Shown here: piece after piece, positions 27,772-40,200 of the stretch | Numbering within the stretch: the stretch's first letter is position 1 | How the letters are laid out: each line of letters starts with the position of its first letter | Assembly: GCF_000002075.1 (NCBI RefSeq) | Contig: NW_004798074.1 | Span: 84,598-148,597, forward strand | DNA: 64,000 nucleotides | DNA from: Aplysia californica | Lineage: Eukaryota | Reading direction: 5' to 3' | Notes under the pieces: generated by a model | The model's input: the letters and a program-made list of their open reading frames with translations, nothing else | What the model was told of the DNA's origin: nothing | Databases searched by the model: none | Position numbers and translations under genes: made by a program

Positions 27772-27806
<35 letters not shown>

Positions 27807-27906
27807 NNNNNNNNNNNNNNNNNNNNNNNNNNNNNNNNNNNNNNNNNNNNNNNNNNNNNNNNNNNNNNNNNNNNNNNNNNNNNNNNNNNNNNNNNNNNNN
27901 NNNNNN
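27807..27906. other. Exactly 100-N assembly gap (probable unknown-size scaffold join)
   Basis: Counted 100 N; the other gaps have irregular, estimated-looking lengths. Confidence 0.85.
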
Positions 27907-28056
27907 ATATGTGTGACTCACCCCTTGCCTCTAGACTAGGAAGCAAACAATATATGTGTGACTCACCCCTTGCCTCTAGACTAGGAAGCAAACAATATAT
28001 GTGTGACTCACCCCTTGCCTCTAGACTAGGAAGCAAACAATATGCATGTGACTCAC
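27907..28056. repeat. 45-bp minisatellite (3 perfect copies, continuing into a gap) containing the dynein donor site
   Basis: ATATGTGTGACTCACCCCTTGCCTCTAGACTAGGAAGCAAACAAT x3. Confidence 0.92.
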
Positions 28057-28217
28057 CCTTTGCCACACCCCTCCGGCCCACAGATGATGAAGGGTTGTTT
28101 GTTGTCAGCGTCCAGCCAGGGCAGGAAGTAGTCCAGTGCCCGTTGGACATCCCCGGTGCGGATGACCGGCAGTGACATGGACGACATGAAATGTTCTGCT
28201 TTCAAGTCTTCCACAGT
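28057..28217 (-). CDS. DYNC2H1: DYNC2H1 exon ending in AAA3 Walker A (GPEGCGKG); last visible exon
   Basis: Within ORF 28053-28253; GCAG acceptor, GG|GTGAGT donor. Confidence 0.94.
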
Positions 28218-31200
28218 CTGCCCAGACACCAGGACAAAGGGGTTACACATCAAAGTCAGGCAACTACAAGTCTATACTTAAAGCATCACAAAAGTTACAT
28301 GTTGTGCTTACAGCAGTGCTTGCCAAACTGGAGGACATCGCCTGCTTTTACGATACTTGCAATACAAATTGGTCATATAAGCGCTCACAGTTAAGGTGTT
28401 ACAAGACAGTAAGAAATATCTCAATGACTACCAAAGTGAAAGTTCTGAAATACTATGTATGGTTAACCCTTCTGTATGGCTGTGAATGCTGGATAATCAC
28501 TAAAGACAGTGAAAACAAAATGGAGGCAGCAGAAATGTGGTTTCTTAGGAGACTGCTGAGAATATCAGGGAAGGAAAAAAATCAAATGAGGTAGCGCTTG
28601 ATGAAGCCCGTGTGGGATGCTAACTGTTAAAAACAATCAACCCGTGTGGGACACTAACTATTAAAAACAATCAGAAAACAACAAATGCAGTTTTTGGGAC
28701 ACCTGAATAGACATAAAGGTCTTGAACATCTAGCTTTCACTGGCAAAATTGAAGGCAAACGAGGCAGGGGTAGGCCCAGAGCAACCTACTTAGGGAACCT
28801 AAACAAAAGGGTGATGGAGAAAGATCAGGGAAAAGCAGCTTTATTAAGAGCATCCGAGAAAAGGAATGAAAGAAGAACCATGATCGCCAATGTCTGCAGC
28901 AGATCTGGCTTTGGATGATGATGAGGATGATGATGATGATGATGATGATGACTAGAAAGTAACATACAAAGAAAAGAAGGAAGAGTGATAAGGATAATAG
29001 ATATTTGATTGGAAAGAAGGAACAAACATCACCAGAGCACCCATCAACCATGCAAAAAAAAAAAGTAAGACAGACAGACAGACTGGAACAACAAAAGGAT
29101 AGTAAAGAAGCAAGACCCACCAGTGGCACCCTTTAACCACCCAAGAAAATAAAAGAATCACATATTATCTTTGTTCAAGATTCAGAAGATCATATTTTTA
29201 TTTTAGAAGCTTTGCTAATAATAAAGCACGCCATTTATTCAGTCAGTCCTCTTTATCTCTTTATAGTTTGTGTCAATATCAACGTGGCAACTGATTCAAT
29301 TTCTTCAGAAATTCTTCCTGATTGTGATGAATTTTAGTCCAGTAAATCTTATGGAAGAAGCAAAATGTGCAATTTCTGTAAGCAACAAATTCTGACACCT
29401 CTGATTCTGAAATTATATACAAACGCGTAACAATAGTGATGTTCCTCATGTGAAAAATGTGCATTTAGCACTCACAGTTTTCAAAGAGCAAGTTTCATTG
29501 TAACTACCAAATTTAAGAATACATGGAATTAAAGCATTTTTCTATAATTTTCATTACTAAATGCGTTAAAGACACTAATAGTAGCCTAATGTCATTAAAA
29601 TACAAGCAGCACTCTTGCACAAGAGCACATAAAAGGACACAAAAGGTATAAATACATGTATATTAGCAGTGACAAGTAAGTATAGAAAAAATTTATGTAT
29701 ATAGTTTCAGAAAAATGGACCAGATGAAAATATTGTTAACCTTAACAACCCCCCTCCCCCCAACTATTACAACATAAAATCTCAGTCCACTACACAAAAG
29801 CATAAAAAAATATATGGTACTAGAAGTATTCAAAGATACTACAGAGATCTAACATTCTCTCTCTCTCTCTTTCTCTCTGTCTCTCTCTCTCTCTCTCTAC
29901 CTATCTCTCTCTTTCACTCTCAAAATTTCTCTACACCAGTCTAGTCTCAGATCAAACGATCTGAACTGGCTACAGTATAAAGAATATAATGATTCTTCAG
30001 TCTGTGTCTCTCTCTCAATATCTCTCTCTCTCTCACTCTCTCTTTCTCTCTTTTTGTCTCTTGCTTCATCTCAGTTTCAGCCTCTTTCTATCTTAGTTTC
30101 AGTCTCAGTGTATCTGTCTCTCTCTTCATCTTAACGGTACCACTCTCCATCTCTGATTCTATCTCTCAGTCTGTCTTGGTCTGTCAGTATCTGTCTGTTT
30201 GGTTCTGTCCCTGTTTTTTCTCTTGGTCTCTGTGCATCTTTATGAAGACACTGATACAAGTTCTACAAAAGACATTTATCTGAGCGCTACATTTAGTCTA
30301 TAAGAGGAAACTATCTGTTAGAGCCAGAATCAAAAGTGTCTATTTTATCTTTCTAACTGTTATCTAAAAAGTTCTTAAAAAAGACAACCCTTTTTATGAA
30401 AGCGCAATGTTCAGCTTTCACAAGGACTACCAGATGACAAAAAATATCAACACAAACAGCTTAAGGGGTCTTGCAGGTAACGATTTTTGACAATTTTTGA
30501 AGAAATAGCTTTTTAACACCTTTGATCATTGCTGAATCAGATTTTTTGGTCCAGTAATTTTTTAAAAATTGATAAATTAGGTGAAAATATGTCTCAAACG
30601 ACCGCCCCCCCCCCTTGACCGTTTGGCCATTTTTCTTCTCTCTTTGTTACATTTTGTGCCTACTTGGTTCACTAACCTTCTAGTTGTGAGGCTATTTGTA
30701 ACTATACAGACATAAAATTTTGCAGGTGATTAGAACAAATAGTGCATGTGGTACTGGAACCTCTGGAAGGAACTAGCCCTCAAATTACACAGTGACATTT
30801 TTATATGCGTTTTTCTCAAAATTTTACGTCTGAAAGACCCTATTTCACTAGAGTCCTAAATTCTCAGCTACTAATCAAGATACTGTGCTGAAACTTTTCA
30901 TACAGGTGCAGATTTGGTTGTTACAGGTCACTGACAAGATTTTTTGGGGAAAAAAATAGTTAATGCTTGAGAAATCTGCTTTTGAAAGCCATTTTATGCT
31001 AAAAATTTCAACCAAAAAAAGTACCTCACTTTTAAAGTCCTAGAAATTCCAAAGTATTGGAAGGATATTTAAAAATATGAGTAATTTACCTATAACTACT
31101 TCTACTAAATTGATATTAGTAAAAAAAAATTACGTTGTGCCATTTGGTTTTTAAAATTCTAAGATTTTTCTAAGTATTATATAATTTCAATATGGCTGCT

Positions 31201-34200
31201 GGTATTACATAACATTTTGAATTATTTCCTGGAGGGTACTACATATTATGTGAAAGTTTGGTTTGAAAAGATGTATTAATAACAAAAATAGTTTTTGTCA
31301 GTAGCAAGATCCCTTAATCCAATCTCCATGTTTCTTTTGCATGGATGTTGCAGACACAGGAAAACTGTAGACAGAGCAGACGGAAAGCAGAAAGAGATGG
31401 TGGACGGTCAAAAGACAGCCAAATGATGATTAAAAGTCAAAAGATGGTCTCTTACGAAAAAGAAGAGAAAAGGCAGAGACGACTCAGTAACAGATTTATG
31501 AAATTAATAATGTGGCAGAGCATGGGCAAAATCGGTTCAAAAGTTTTATAGTTAGAAGAAAAACAATCCTAAGCTGACTCTATGGGCTGAGCAGGACTCT
31601 AAATATAGATATTATTATTATGAGTAAGAAATAGTTCTAATCGTATATTGGGCACTATATGCAATAAAATATGGGCATGATCTTGTATGTCATCTATAAG
31701 CCAATTATCTCATATGTATGTATAATATATGTGCCAAACGTACCCCTCCAATAACAGCCTCCACCTGAAAACAGTGCCATGTATGTCAGTTCTCCAGGAC
31801 TTGCTACACAGTCCACAAGACAGAAATATTGACGAAACACATATTGACCCTTGAAAGCAAAATTGTCTCAAGGCACATTCCAGGGAAAAACAAACAAACT
31901 GAAGTATGATAAATTATTACAGCACAGAATTATACAACTTTTAATGATACATCTGACAAAAACAACAAGAAGGAAAAAATTAAAAAGAGGGATTATATTA
32001 CAAATTACCAAATGCCCAAATTTTCAATTGCTATCATCTAAAATCAATTGTAATGGTACTTGACACAATTTGTTTTTCATGGGTCGAATGTTTTAGTTTT
32101 GGTAAAAGTTTTATGGCACTTGCAAACAAAAAGGTCTTACCTGAGATTACAGGTGTTACTAATGAGTAACATACAAAGAAAAGAAGGAGAAGAGATAAGT
32201 ATGATATACAGTTGACAGGAAAGAAAGAGCAAACCACACCAGAGCACCAGACACCCATCCATGAGGTCAATATGTTTTAGTAAGTTTAGTTAGAGTTTTA
32301 TGGTGCTTGCAACTGCATAAGATCATACGAGCACGGTCAATACATGGTTAGTGAGTAAATGAGTGAGGTGGTATCTCACACAAGTCAGTAAAATAATGGA
32401 GTCATTTTACCAGGAACAGATCCCAAAAGTAGTTTACGATAAGTGAACACAAGAACATAGAAATTCTATCAAAAACAGATTTAAAAAACAGATAGGCTGA
32501 AAAGAACAGAAGGAGTAGACCTCACCAGGACAGCCACCAACTATCATTGTTTAACACTTGAAAGACCCAACTTGTGCCCAGTGATCTCATATACAACAGC
32601 TGAGAGAGTTCAAAATGGTTGAAGTGGAGACAAGCACATCGACGCAGCTGCAGACATCTAGTGCTGGGAAAAAGTGAGCCACACAGGCAGACAGAGAAAA
32701 GAGAGGGATAGCACAGGAGTAGGACTTAGGAGTGGTGCCCTCCCACCACCTACATTGAAAATAGCAAATTTTTATACCTGGTGGGATGGTGTTTATGACT
32801 TTGACCTACGCACAGTAAAGCAGACAGTACACATACTCATTATGTTACTGATCTCGATATACACACATTACAGCAGATAGTCCATATAATCATATATGTG
32901 TGTGTGCAAAAAGAGAACATGTACAGATAGTACACATTCGGACACTCCTGAGAAGAGACGGAGCAAGTATTAATCATAAAGTTAAAGATCACACACAATA
33001 AAGATCACAGACCTACAGAAAGAGAGAAAGACTTTATTGTCACTAACAGGCTACCATACCTCCATGTTGTACTGCATCAGTCTACCCGATCGATCATCGT
33101 AGTAGGTGTCCAGTGGCCGCCGAGAGTCTGGGGGCGTCTCATTGGTCCAGGAAAACACCTGTTATGGATGAGTCATTTGAGTGAGAGGATGATACGCATA
33201 AGGGAACAGCAGTTTTGTTTCTTTGAGTTCAAAGAAACACATCAACACAAATTTGGTCCTTTAGAACAGGGAATAAGTAAGACGGACTGACAGAAACAAC
33301 AGAGGGAAAGAAAAGAAAGTAGGACCTACCAAAGAGGCTCCCCATCTATCCACAAAGAAGACCTTTCAGAGTTAAAAATATATGAAAAAGAAAAAGTAAA
33401 GTAGTGGACTAAAGTAAAAAGAAACAGGAAGGACCTACCAGGCAAAATTCTAACAAAAATACACTAATAATGATATTCTGACTACAGTTGGGAGTTAAGA
33501 CAGACTGACCGAACCATAAGAGAATAAATAAAAAGATCTACCAGTGGTGCACTCCAACCACCTGTTTTTGACTAATAGTTGATTGTAGATAATTGTAAAA
33601 GATTTTTACGCTGCCTTCCACATAAAGAAGAACAAAGAAGGCAGACCAAAAGACAAGAAGATAAACAATAACATGATTAGTTCGTTTGTGTTTGGAGCAT
33701 TTTTACAATCTCAGAGAAACATTTCACAATGAAATTCAGGTATTATCTTTAACATGCATACTTTTGCTTTGAATTAACTTCAATCCCAAACATCTCGTAC
33801 AAAAATGTATAAAAAAAGGGACAGAACTCGTGTTAACCACTCCCTACCCTCCCAGCCCTAGAAACAACAACAATAACCCCCCCCCCCCCCCCCCACCCCA
33901 ATCACAAACTCTCCACCAACAAAACAAATCATTTACTGACCTCCTTCGCAAAGACTTCACGAGATCCCTCACTGAGATTTCCCCCAAGTCCATGTATGAG
34001 ACAGACGGCAAAGTGGGCTTTGCAGAGGACATGGTGGAGGTGAGACAGACCGTTCAGGACAATACCCACCAGGCTTGTGTCCACTACTAGGTCATTCTGT
34101 GGGATATACAGCAGAGACACATGGTATGAGGGGATTAACAGTTGCATCAGCTTTTGACATGTGGTATCACAACACATGGTAGGAAGAGGTTTACATGGTT

Positions 34201-37200
34201 TTGTTTGTTTGAGTAAAACACATTGACACGATAACAGTGCTAAGAAAAAGTAATACAGGTATACATTAAAAAACAAACAAACAGAAGGAAAGAAAAGAAG
34301 TAGGGTCTGCCAGTGGCACCCTCCAACCACCCACTAAAGGGTTAACAGATTCATCATTTACTGACACACAGCACAGATACGGGTTCATTGATTCATCAAC
34401 TACAGATGTATGGCACAGACACACAGCATGAAGCTGTTAATAGACATGAAGGGGTTTATCAATTCATCAACAACTGACAAACGGTTAATAGATTTATCAA
34501 CTAGTGATACACAGTACCAACACATGGTGTGAAGGGGTTCATAGATTCATCAACTATAAATATCGTACAACGGATTCACAAAATACAAACATTACTTGAC
34601 ACTGTCATTTCCACACATTTTGTCTCCACAACAACAAGGCAAAGTGTTCAATACAAAAAAAGTTCAATAATTACATAAACTAGACATAAAGTAAAAGTTT
34701 TGAAATCTAAAATAGCGTCTCTCTTCCAGCTATTTCTAAAATCAATAACACCAACCATAAACTCAGACAAACAATTCCTCGATATTTCATATTGTCGATG
34801 TCCGACTCTAACCGTGTAAGTGCACGAGAGTTCATTTTGAGAAAAACGAAAAAAACTTTTTAAAATTCTCTTACTATCTACCAATTAATGATTATTGCTG
34901 AAATGTTTATATTTTTATACTGACTGATAGTGTCAACATAAATTCGAGTCGATAGTTTAAAAAACTAATTAATTAAGGCGTATGCACGATTAGCGCATAA
35001 AAATTTGTCCGCAGTTGCACGCTTAGCGCCAGAAACGGTTAGCGTCCAGCACGCTTAAGAGCAAATGTAACCGGCGGTTACACGGTTAGAGGCTTGCACG
35101 TTTATCTCCCGCAACACTGTGTGGTTAACTTGGCGCTCGACCGTTTCTCGTTCTCAGGTTTACCAGTGGATATAATGGTCTCTTGTTGAGTTTTGATACC
35201 ATTTTAGCGTCGTAGGACCACAGAAGAGTTATGTGCAAAATATAATTATAAAATGTTGGTGGAATCAAGTGCAGACAAACACGTGATATGATTTTAAAAG
35301 AAACAAACAAAAACTCACGTTTTTCCTGTTAAATTCTCATGTGAAATTATTACAACCATGTTTATGGAAAATGTTTAAAATATTGGAAACATAGATCTAC
35401 ATCTGGTGTCGCACATACATCAATGCAACTAACTTTATGAATTTAAAGGGTGAAGGAAAGCAGAAAAATGCAACATTATTTTAACAGGAAATATGATGAA
35501 AAGAACATTGATTTAAAGTAAACGACTAAGAGTGATTGCAAATGTATTAAGAAAGAATAAGTCAATTCATAATATCGTGAATAACTAAAATGTCAAAGGG
35601 TTTTCATGGCTAATGACATTCCTTAACATTAAATTACAGATAGTTGCAAAATGAAATCCATAGTCAAATATAAAAAGAATGCAGTACCAAGAAAACAATC
35701 AATTAGTGATAGTGGCTAATTAGTAATATGTACCACAAAAAGGACTTTTTGTTGGGAAAAAAATGATGTGAAAGTCCTATTGCAAAGCATTATTCGTGAG
35801 GCAAGGCATCATAAAAAGCATGGAAATCCTGAGGGATGTTTCAGCTCTCGGAGGTCTTTGTACTTGGAGGATGAAATCTTCCTTTTGTTTGTCAGTAGGC
35901 GTTTTGGGTCATTCTCTATGAGAGTGGAGTTTCCTCTCACAGTAAGCTCTTGCCACTCTGCGTCGTGGTCAAGCTTGTAGCTGATCCGGCCACCCGGTGT
36001 GTACTGAAGACATCCGATGTCTACAACTTGGGGTTCGCCTGCTTTCTTTCTGAGCCAAATGCTTTTCAAGGGGCAAACATCTGTGTAATCCTTAAAGAAG
36101 GTGTGAGTCGCCTCTGTCACGTACCTGACGTAGTCAGACGGACTATATATTAACATAGTTTTCAATTTTCTCTCAATGGTGTGAGGCACGCTATCTACTT
36201 CCATCTGGGTATGCCCTTTCCCTAGCAACTTGAGAGTTACTTTGATGTTGTTTCTTTGCGCAGTTAAGGTTATTGCCTTAGACAGTGTGACGTCTCTACA
36301 TGCATTTTGGCATGGGCAGCCGTCCAAAAAAAGTTTGGTCCTGGCTGAGATGGTGGCAGAGACATGAGGCAAATTCATTAGCTTTTAGGCCTTCTCCATC
36401 CTCATGTCACACATAGCAGGTGACTTCCTTTGTAGTGGTATCGTAAATTGTGTAGTTATTTACAAAAAGCTTCGTCTTGTAGTAAAGTGCGGATGCCTAG
36501 GACTGATTGGAGATCCATTGTCAGCATTTTTACCCTGGCTTTACTTGCGAGTGCCCTCTTTTTGTCATCTCGTTGGAGGCCAAGTGGTTAGGCTCTCGGA
36601 CTCGCAACCGTAAGGTCGTGGGTTCGAATCCAGTCAGGGGCCTGCACCCAGGTGGAAATGGGTACCCGGCTATAGACAGTGAACGATCTTGTCAGTTTGA
36701 TAGAGTTTGAGCTTGTGAAATCCGCAGCTTGCACTGTATGCTTCCACGGAAGCTGAGAACGTTTCTGAGTGCTCTTAGAGGGTTTGCTTGGGTAATAATA
36801 GTTGTAAAGTGTATAGAGCATGCTCTGGAGCATGGATATACGTTATATCAATGCAATAATAATTATTATTATTATTTCCTTTAGACTTTTGTGTCTGCTC
36901 CTTTTTCTGCCGATGCAGGACATACGCTTCCTCGTCCACATCACCCTCACTGCAGGAGATGCACAGACCACACTGTTCTTTTCTCTGCTGAAAAAGGGCG
37001 TAATTGCCAGATTCAAACTGGCTAACAAAGACCTGCCTAGATGATGGTGTTATCTGCACACCATCTAGTATACTCTTGGTGCACCTCTGCCTTGCTGTTA
37101 AACATCGGCTCGATGTAGCGTTTTGAAAAGGATTTCCGGCAATAATGGGACTTATTGCCATTCCTGAGTTTTGGGCTGCTGCTGGGTTTCTGTGTTGTGA

Positions 37201-40200
37201 GCTTAACAAACTTGAGCTCTAATCATGAGATGAGTAATCCCAGTGGTATTAGGGAACATCTTTTTGCATCCTGGAACTAGTCCACTACCAACATTGCGAT
37301 GATACCTCTAGGTGTTACTCCTACTGGAGTCTGATAGCTCCTCACGATGTCTACCAACGGGAACCATGTGAACCAACGATTTCACCAGAGCATTTCTTTG
37401 AGGCCAAGGCATTGCCCACGCCTCTTTGTATATGTTCTATCTGGTTTCATTGGTTACATCACTGCATTTAACCCCAGCAGTCTTGCAGTTGCATCTTTCT
37501 CCTAACAGCTTTGTTGGCTTCTCAGAAAACGTGTATTTTGAGCCACCTTTCTCATATTTTCTTCCTAAATAGGCTTCCCCTTTACTTCTTTTATGTTTGT
37601 TGATATTTTTCTTCCAATTGTCTTTAGCCACCTTCATTTTGTTTTGCCTTAGGGTGATCTCATCTGCCTTTTCTTGAGCCACAGTGTTGTTTACATTATA
37701 AGAGCGTTCATGAACGTGCCGTTCTCCTCCAGCCACGTCTCCGATGGCTTTTTCATATACAGCGTTGGAATCACTTGTGTCCTGGTTGTCTCTATCAGTA
37801 TCATCCAAGTCCATAATGTGAGCAGGTTCTTCCAGTTCTTGTGGTATGCTGTCGGTAATATCACCCACAGCCTCCACTTATTTTTTTATCCCTGACAACT
37901 GCATCCAGCAATGAATGATCAGTATTTGATGAGGAATAACGGAGTGGTTGCTCTACTACTGCCTTATCTGTTTGCCCATCAACAGCTTTGGATTCACGGC
38001 GTTACCCTGTTGCTTCTTGGTACTTAGCTATTGGTCTACTCGAAGATGTGTCTCCTTCAAAGTTTCTTTCCGTTTCAAAGTTTTCCTCTTCGTCTTCTTC
38101 AATAATGTGATCGGCTGATTCCCATTCAAATTGTTGTCCACAACTTGTGTCATTGCACCCTTGCTTATCCAAATCCATAATGTCTGTGTTTTCATCTACC
38201 TCTTGTTGGATAGTACCATCTACAGCCTGCACTGGTTCTTGAACAGTAGCTGCCCCATCTAATAAGGCGAGATCATTAGATTGTCATTCAAAGTGCTGTC
38301 ATCTGGTTCTGTCTCATCAGATGGGATGGGTGTTGAACTTCTAACCCTCTGCAGAAGTTCTAAAGGACGAGGTGGCGTATAAGCTACTCTCGTCTTTGAA
38401 AGGCACACCATCTTCACAGCTCGACTGAGAGGATACATTTTCTGTTGGATAAAAAAACATAATAGGTTTACTGAACATCTATTGTAAATAGTGGTCTTTG
38501 TTAATCTGCAAAGAATAACATTATTAGAGTATTTTTGTTTCATCAAGCAGTAGTTGCGGTTGTGTAAATGGTGTTAACAAGGATCATGATGTTGGACAAT
38601 GATGAAACTACTACTACTACTGCTGCTGCTTCTACAACTACNNNNNNNNNNNNNNNNNNNNNNNNNNNNNNNNNNNNNNNNNNNNNNNNNNNNNNNNNNN
38701 NNNNNNNNNNNNNNNNNNNNNNNNNNNNNNNNNNNNNNNNNNNNNNNNNNNNNNNNNNNNNNNNNNNNNNNNNNNNNNNNNNNNNNNNNNNNNNNNNNNN
38801 AATAGCTGAAATGGATGGGGAGACTACAGTGGTAATGGTGGGATCATAGTTCTATTTACCTCAGAGTTGCAATGAATTCTGGCAACAAGCCAATGCGTGG
38901 ACTTACAATGTTTAGAGATCTGAGATATAATTAATGCAATACTTAACGTTAGATTCATGGGATAAAGCTATTCTAATAGGAAGAAAGAAAGTGGAGAAGA
39001 CATAAAACTTTTTCGGAGGGTGTTAATGCTGCTGACTGGTTGAAATTATCAGTATTAAAGTAAGTTCATCAACTGGTGGTGATAATGCCAGAGACTAAGA
39101 AAGTTTTGGGAAAAATAATCTTTAAGACATCAAAGTAGCAACAAGACTCATTCTGCTTAAACTAAGATAATACCATGGCCATTATCGATATTTTCTGAAT
39201 AAAAAACATTGCTGTAACACTAAAAGTCCTGAAAGATTAGTCGATGTTTTTGTGGATTTTAAAATATATTTCCGCTATATTAAAAACAATCATTAATTCA
39301 ATAAAAACACAAAAATTAAAACCAACAAACAACAACAACAAAAAACCAACATTGCAATAGGTTCACAGTAACAACTACTGGGCGCTAATCGTGGAAGCGC
39401 CACATACCAGCCACCAGCGGGCCGCACCTTGCTACAGTAAGCGTTTTAGCGCCACTTGCACGAAGCCAGCTATCGTGTTGTGAAATGTTTTGACCGTGCT
39501 AAATGTGCATGCGCCAAAAATACAGCTATAAACTACCTTTAAAGCTTATTTTTAACATCTACAGCTAAATACACTCAGCCTGAACAAAATAACTTACCAT
39601 TTGATGGTACAATCTCTTGAAACTTGTGAGAAATCGTTGTTTCTGTCATCCGTCTGTCGACCGGCGGATGCACGGGTAGAGAATCCAAGTTCGGCACGAT
39701 TCTGTCATGTGAGAATAGATCACAGGACTATTTCGCGCCAAATTTATCATGCGATTGTTTTGGAATTTCCTGTGTGGTTTCGGAAGACTTCGAGGTTTAT
39801 TTTTAGACCAAAAAAGGTACTTGACCTAATTTGGCGCTTGCACGGTTAGAGTCGGACACCGACGATATATATGTTGCTACAATTTAGGGAGCAGTCATGC
39901 AAAATGGAGGGTAGGGGGAGAAAATGTCTTTCCCTTATGACCTTTCTAAAACAGAGACAAATTACCAAACCAAATTGCACAATCTATGATGTCACTATGA
40001 AGTGTAAGTAAAGCCCACAGTGACACATACCTGTTTCCGCACCCACTGCATGCCACGGTAGAAGTAGTCCTCGATCCAGCCAGACAACATTTGTTGGTCA
40101 GTCTCTGGCTGGGTCTTGAGCCAAGCATTGACCAGTGCCTTCACATCTACATCCTCATCGCTAGAAGAAGGGCAGTGGGCGGTGGGTGATGGCAGAGGGG

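Larger units (their letters stand above)
34793..39864 (-). mobile_element. Full-length decayed Sola1 DNA transposon (5.07 kb) in a DYNC2H1 intron
   Basis: About 30-bp TIRs (YGTCGRTGTCCGACTCTAACCGTGYAAGYGC) and ATAT TSD at 34789-34792 and 39865-39868; transposase motifs [31 protein letters not shown]. Confidence 0.88.

Noticed and set aside
24700-27800. Continuation of dynein exons left of the gap
   Set aside because: Neither the ORF track nor spot translation showed dynein AAA3/AAA4 motifs; very small exons cannot be fully excluded by eye.
27907-28056. CRISPR-like array
   Set aside because: Head-to-tail identical units with no unique spacers, no cas genes, and a eukaryotic intron context.
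36575-36640. Functional tRNA gene
   Set aside because: No proper acceptor stem; continues into a SINE core and (ATT)n tail.
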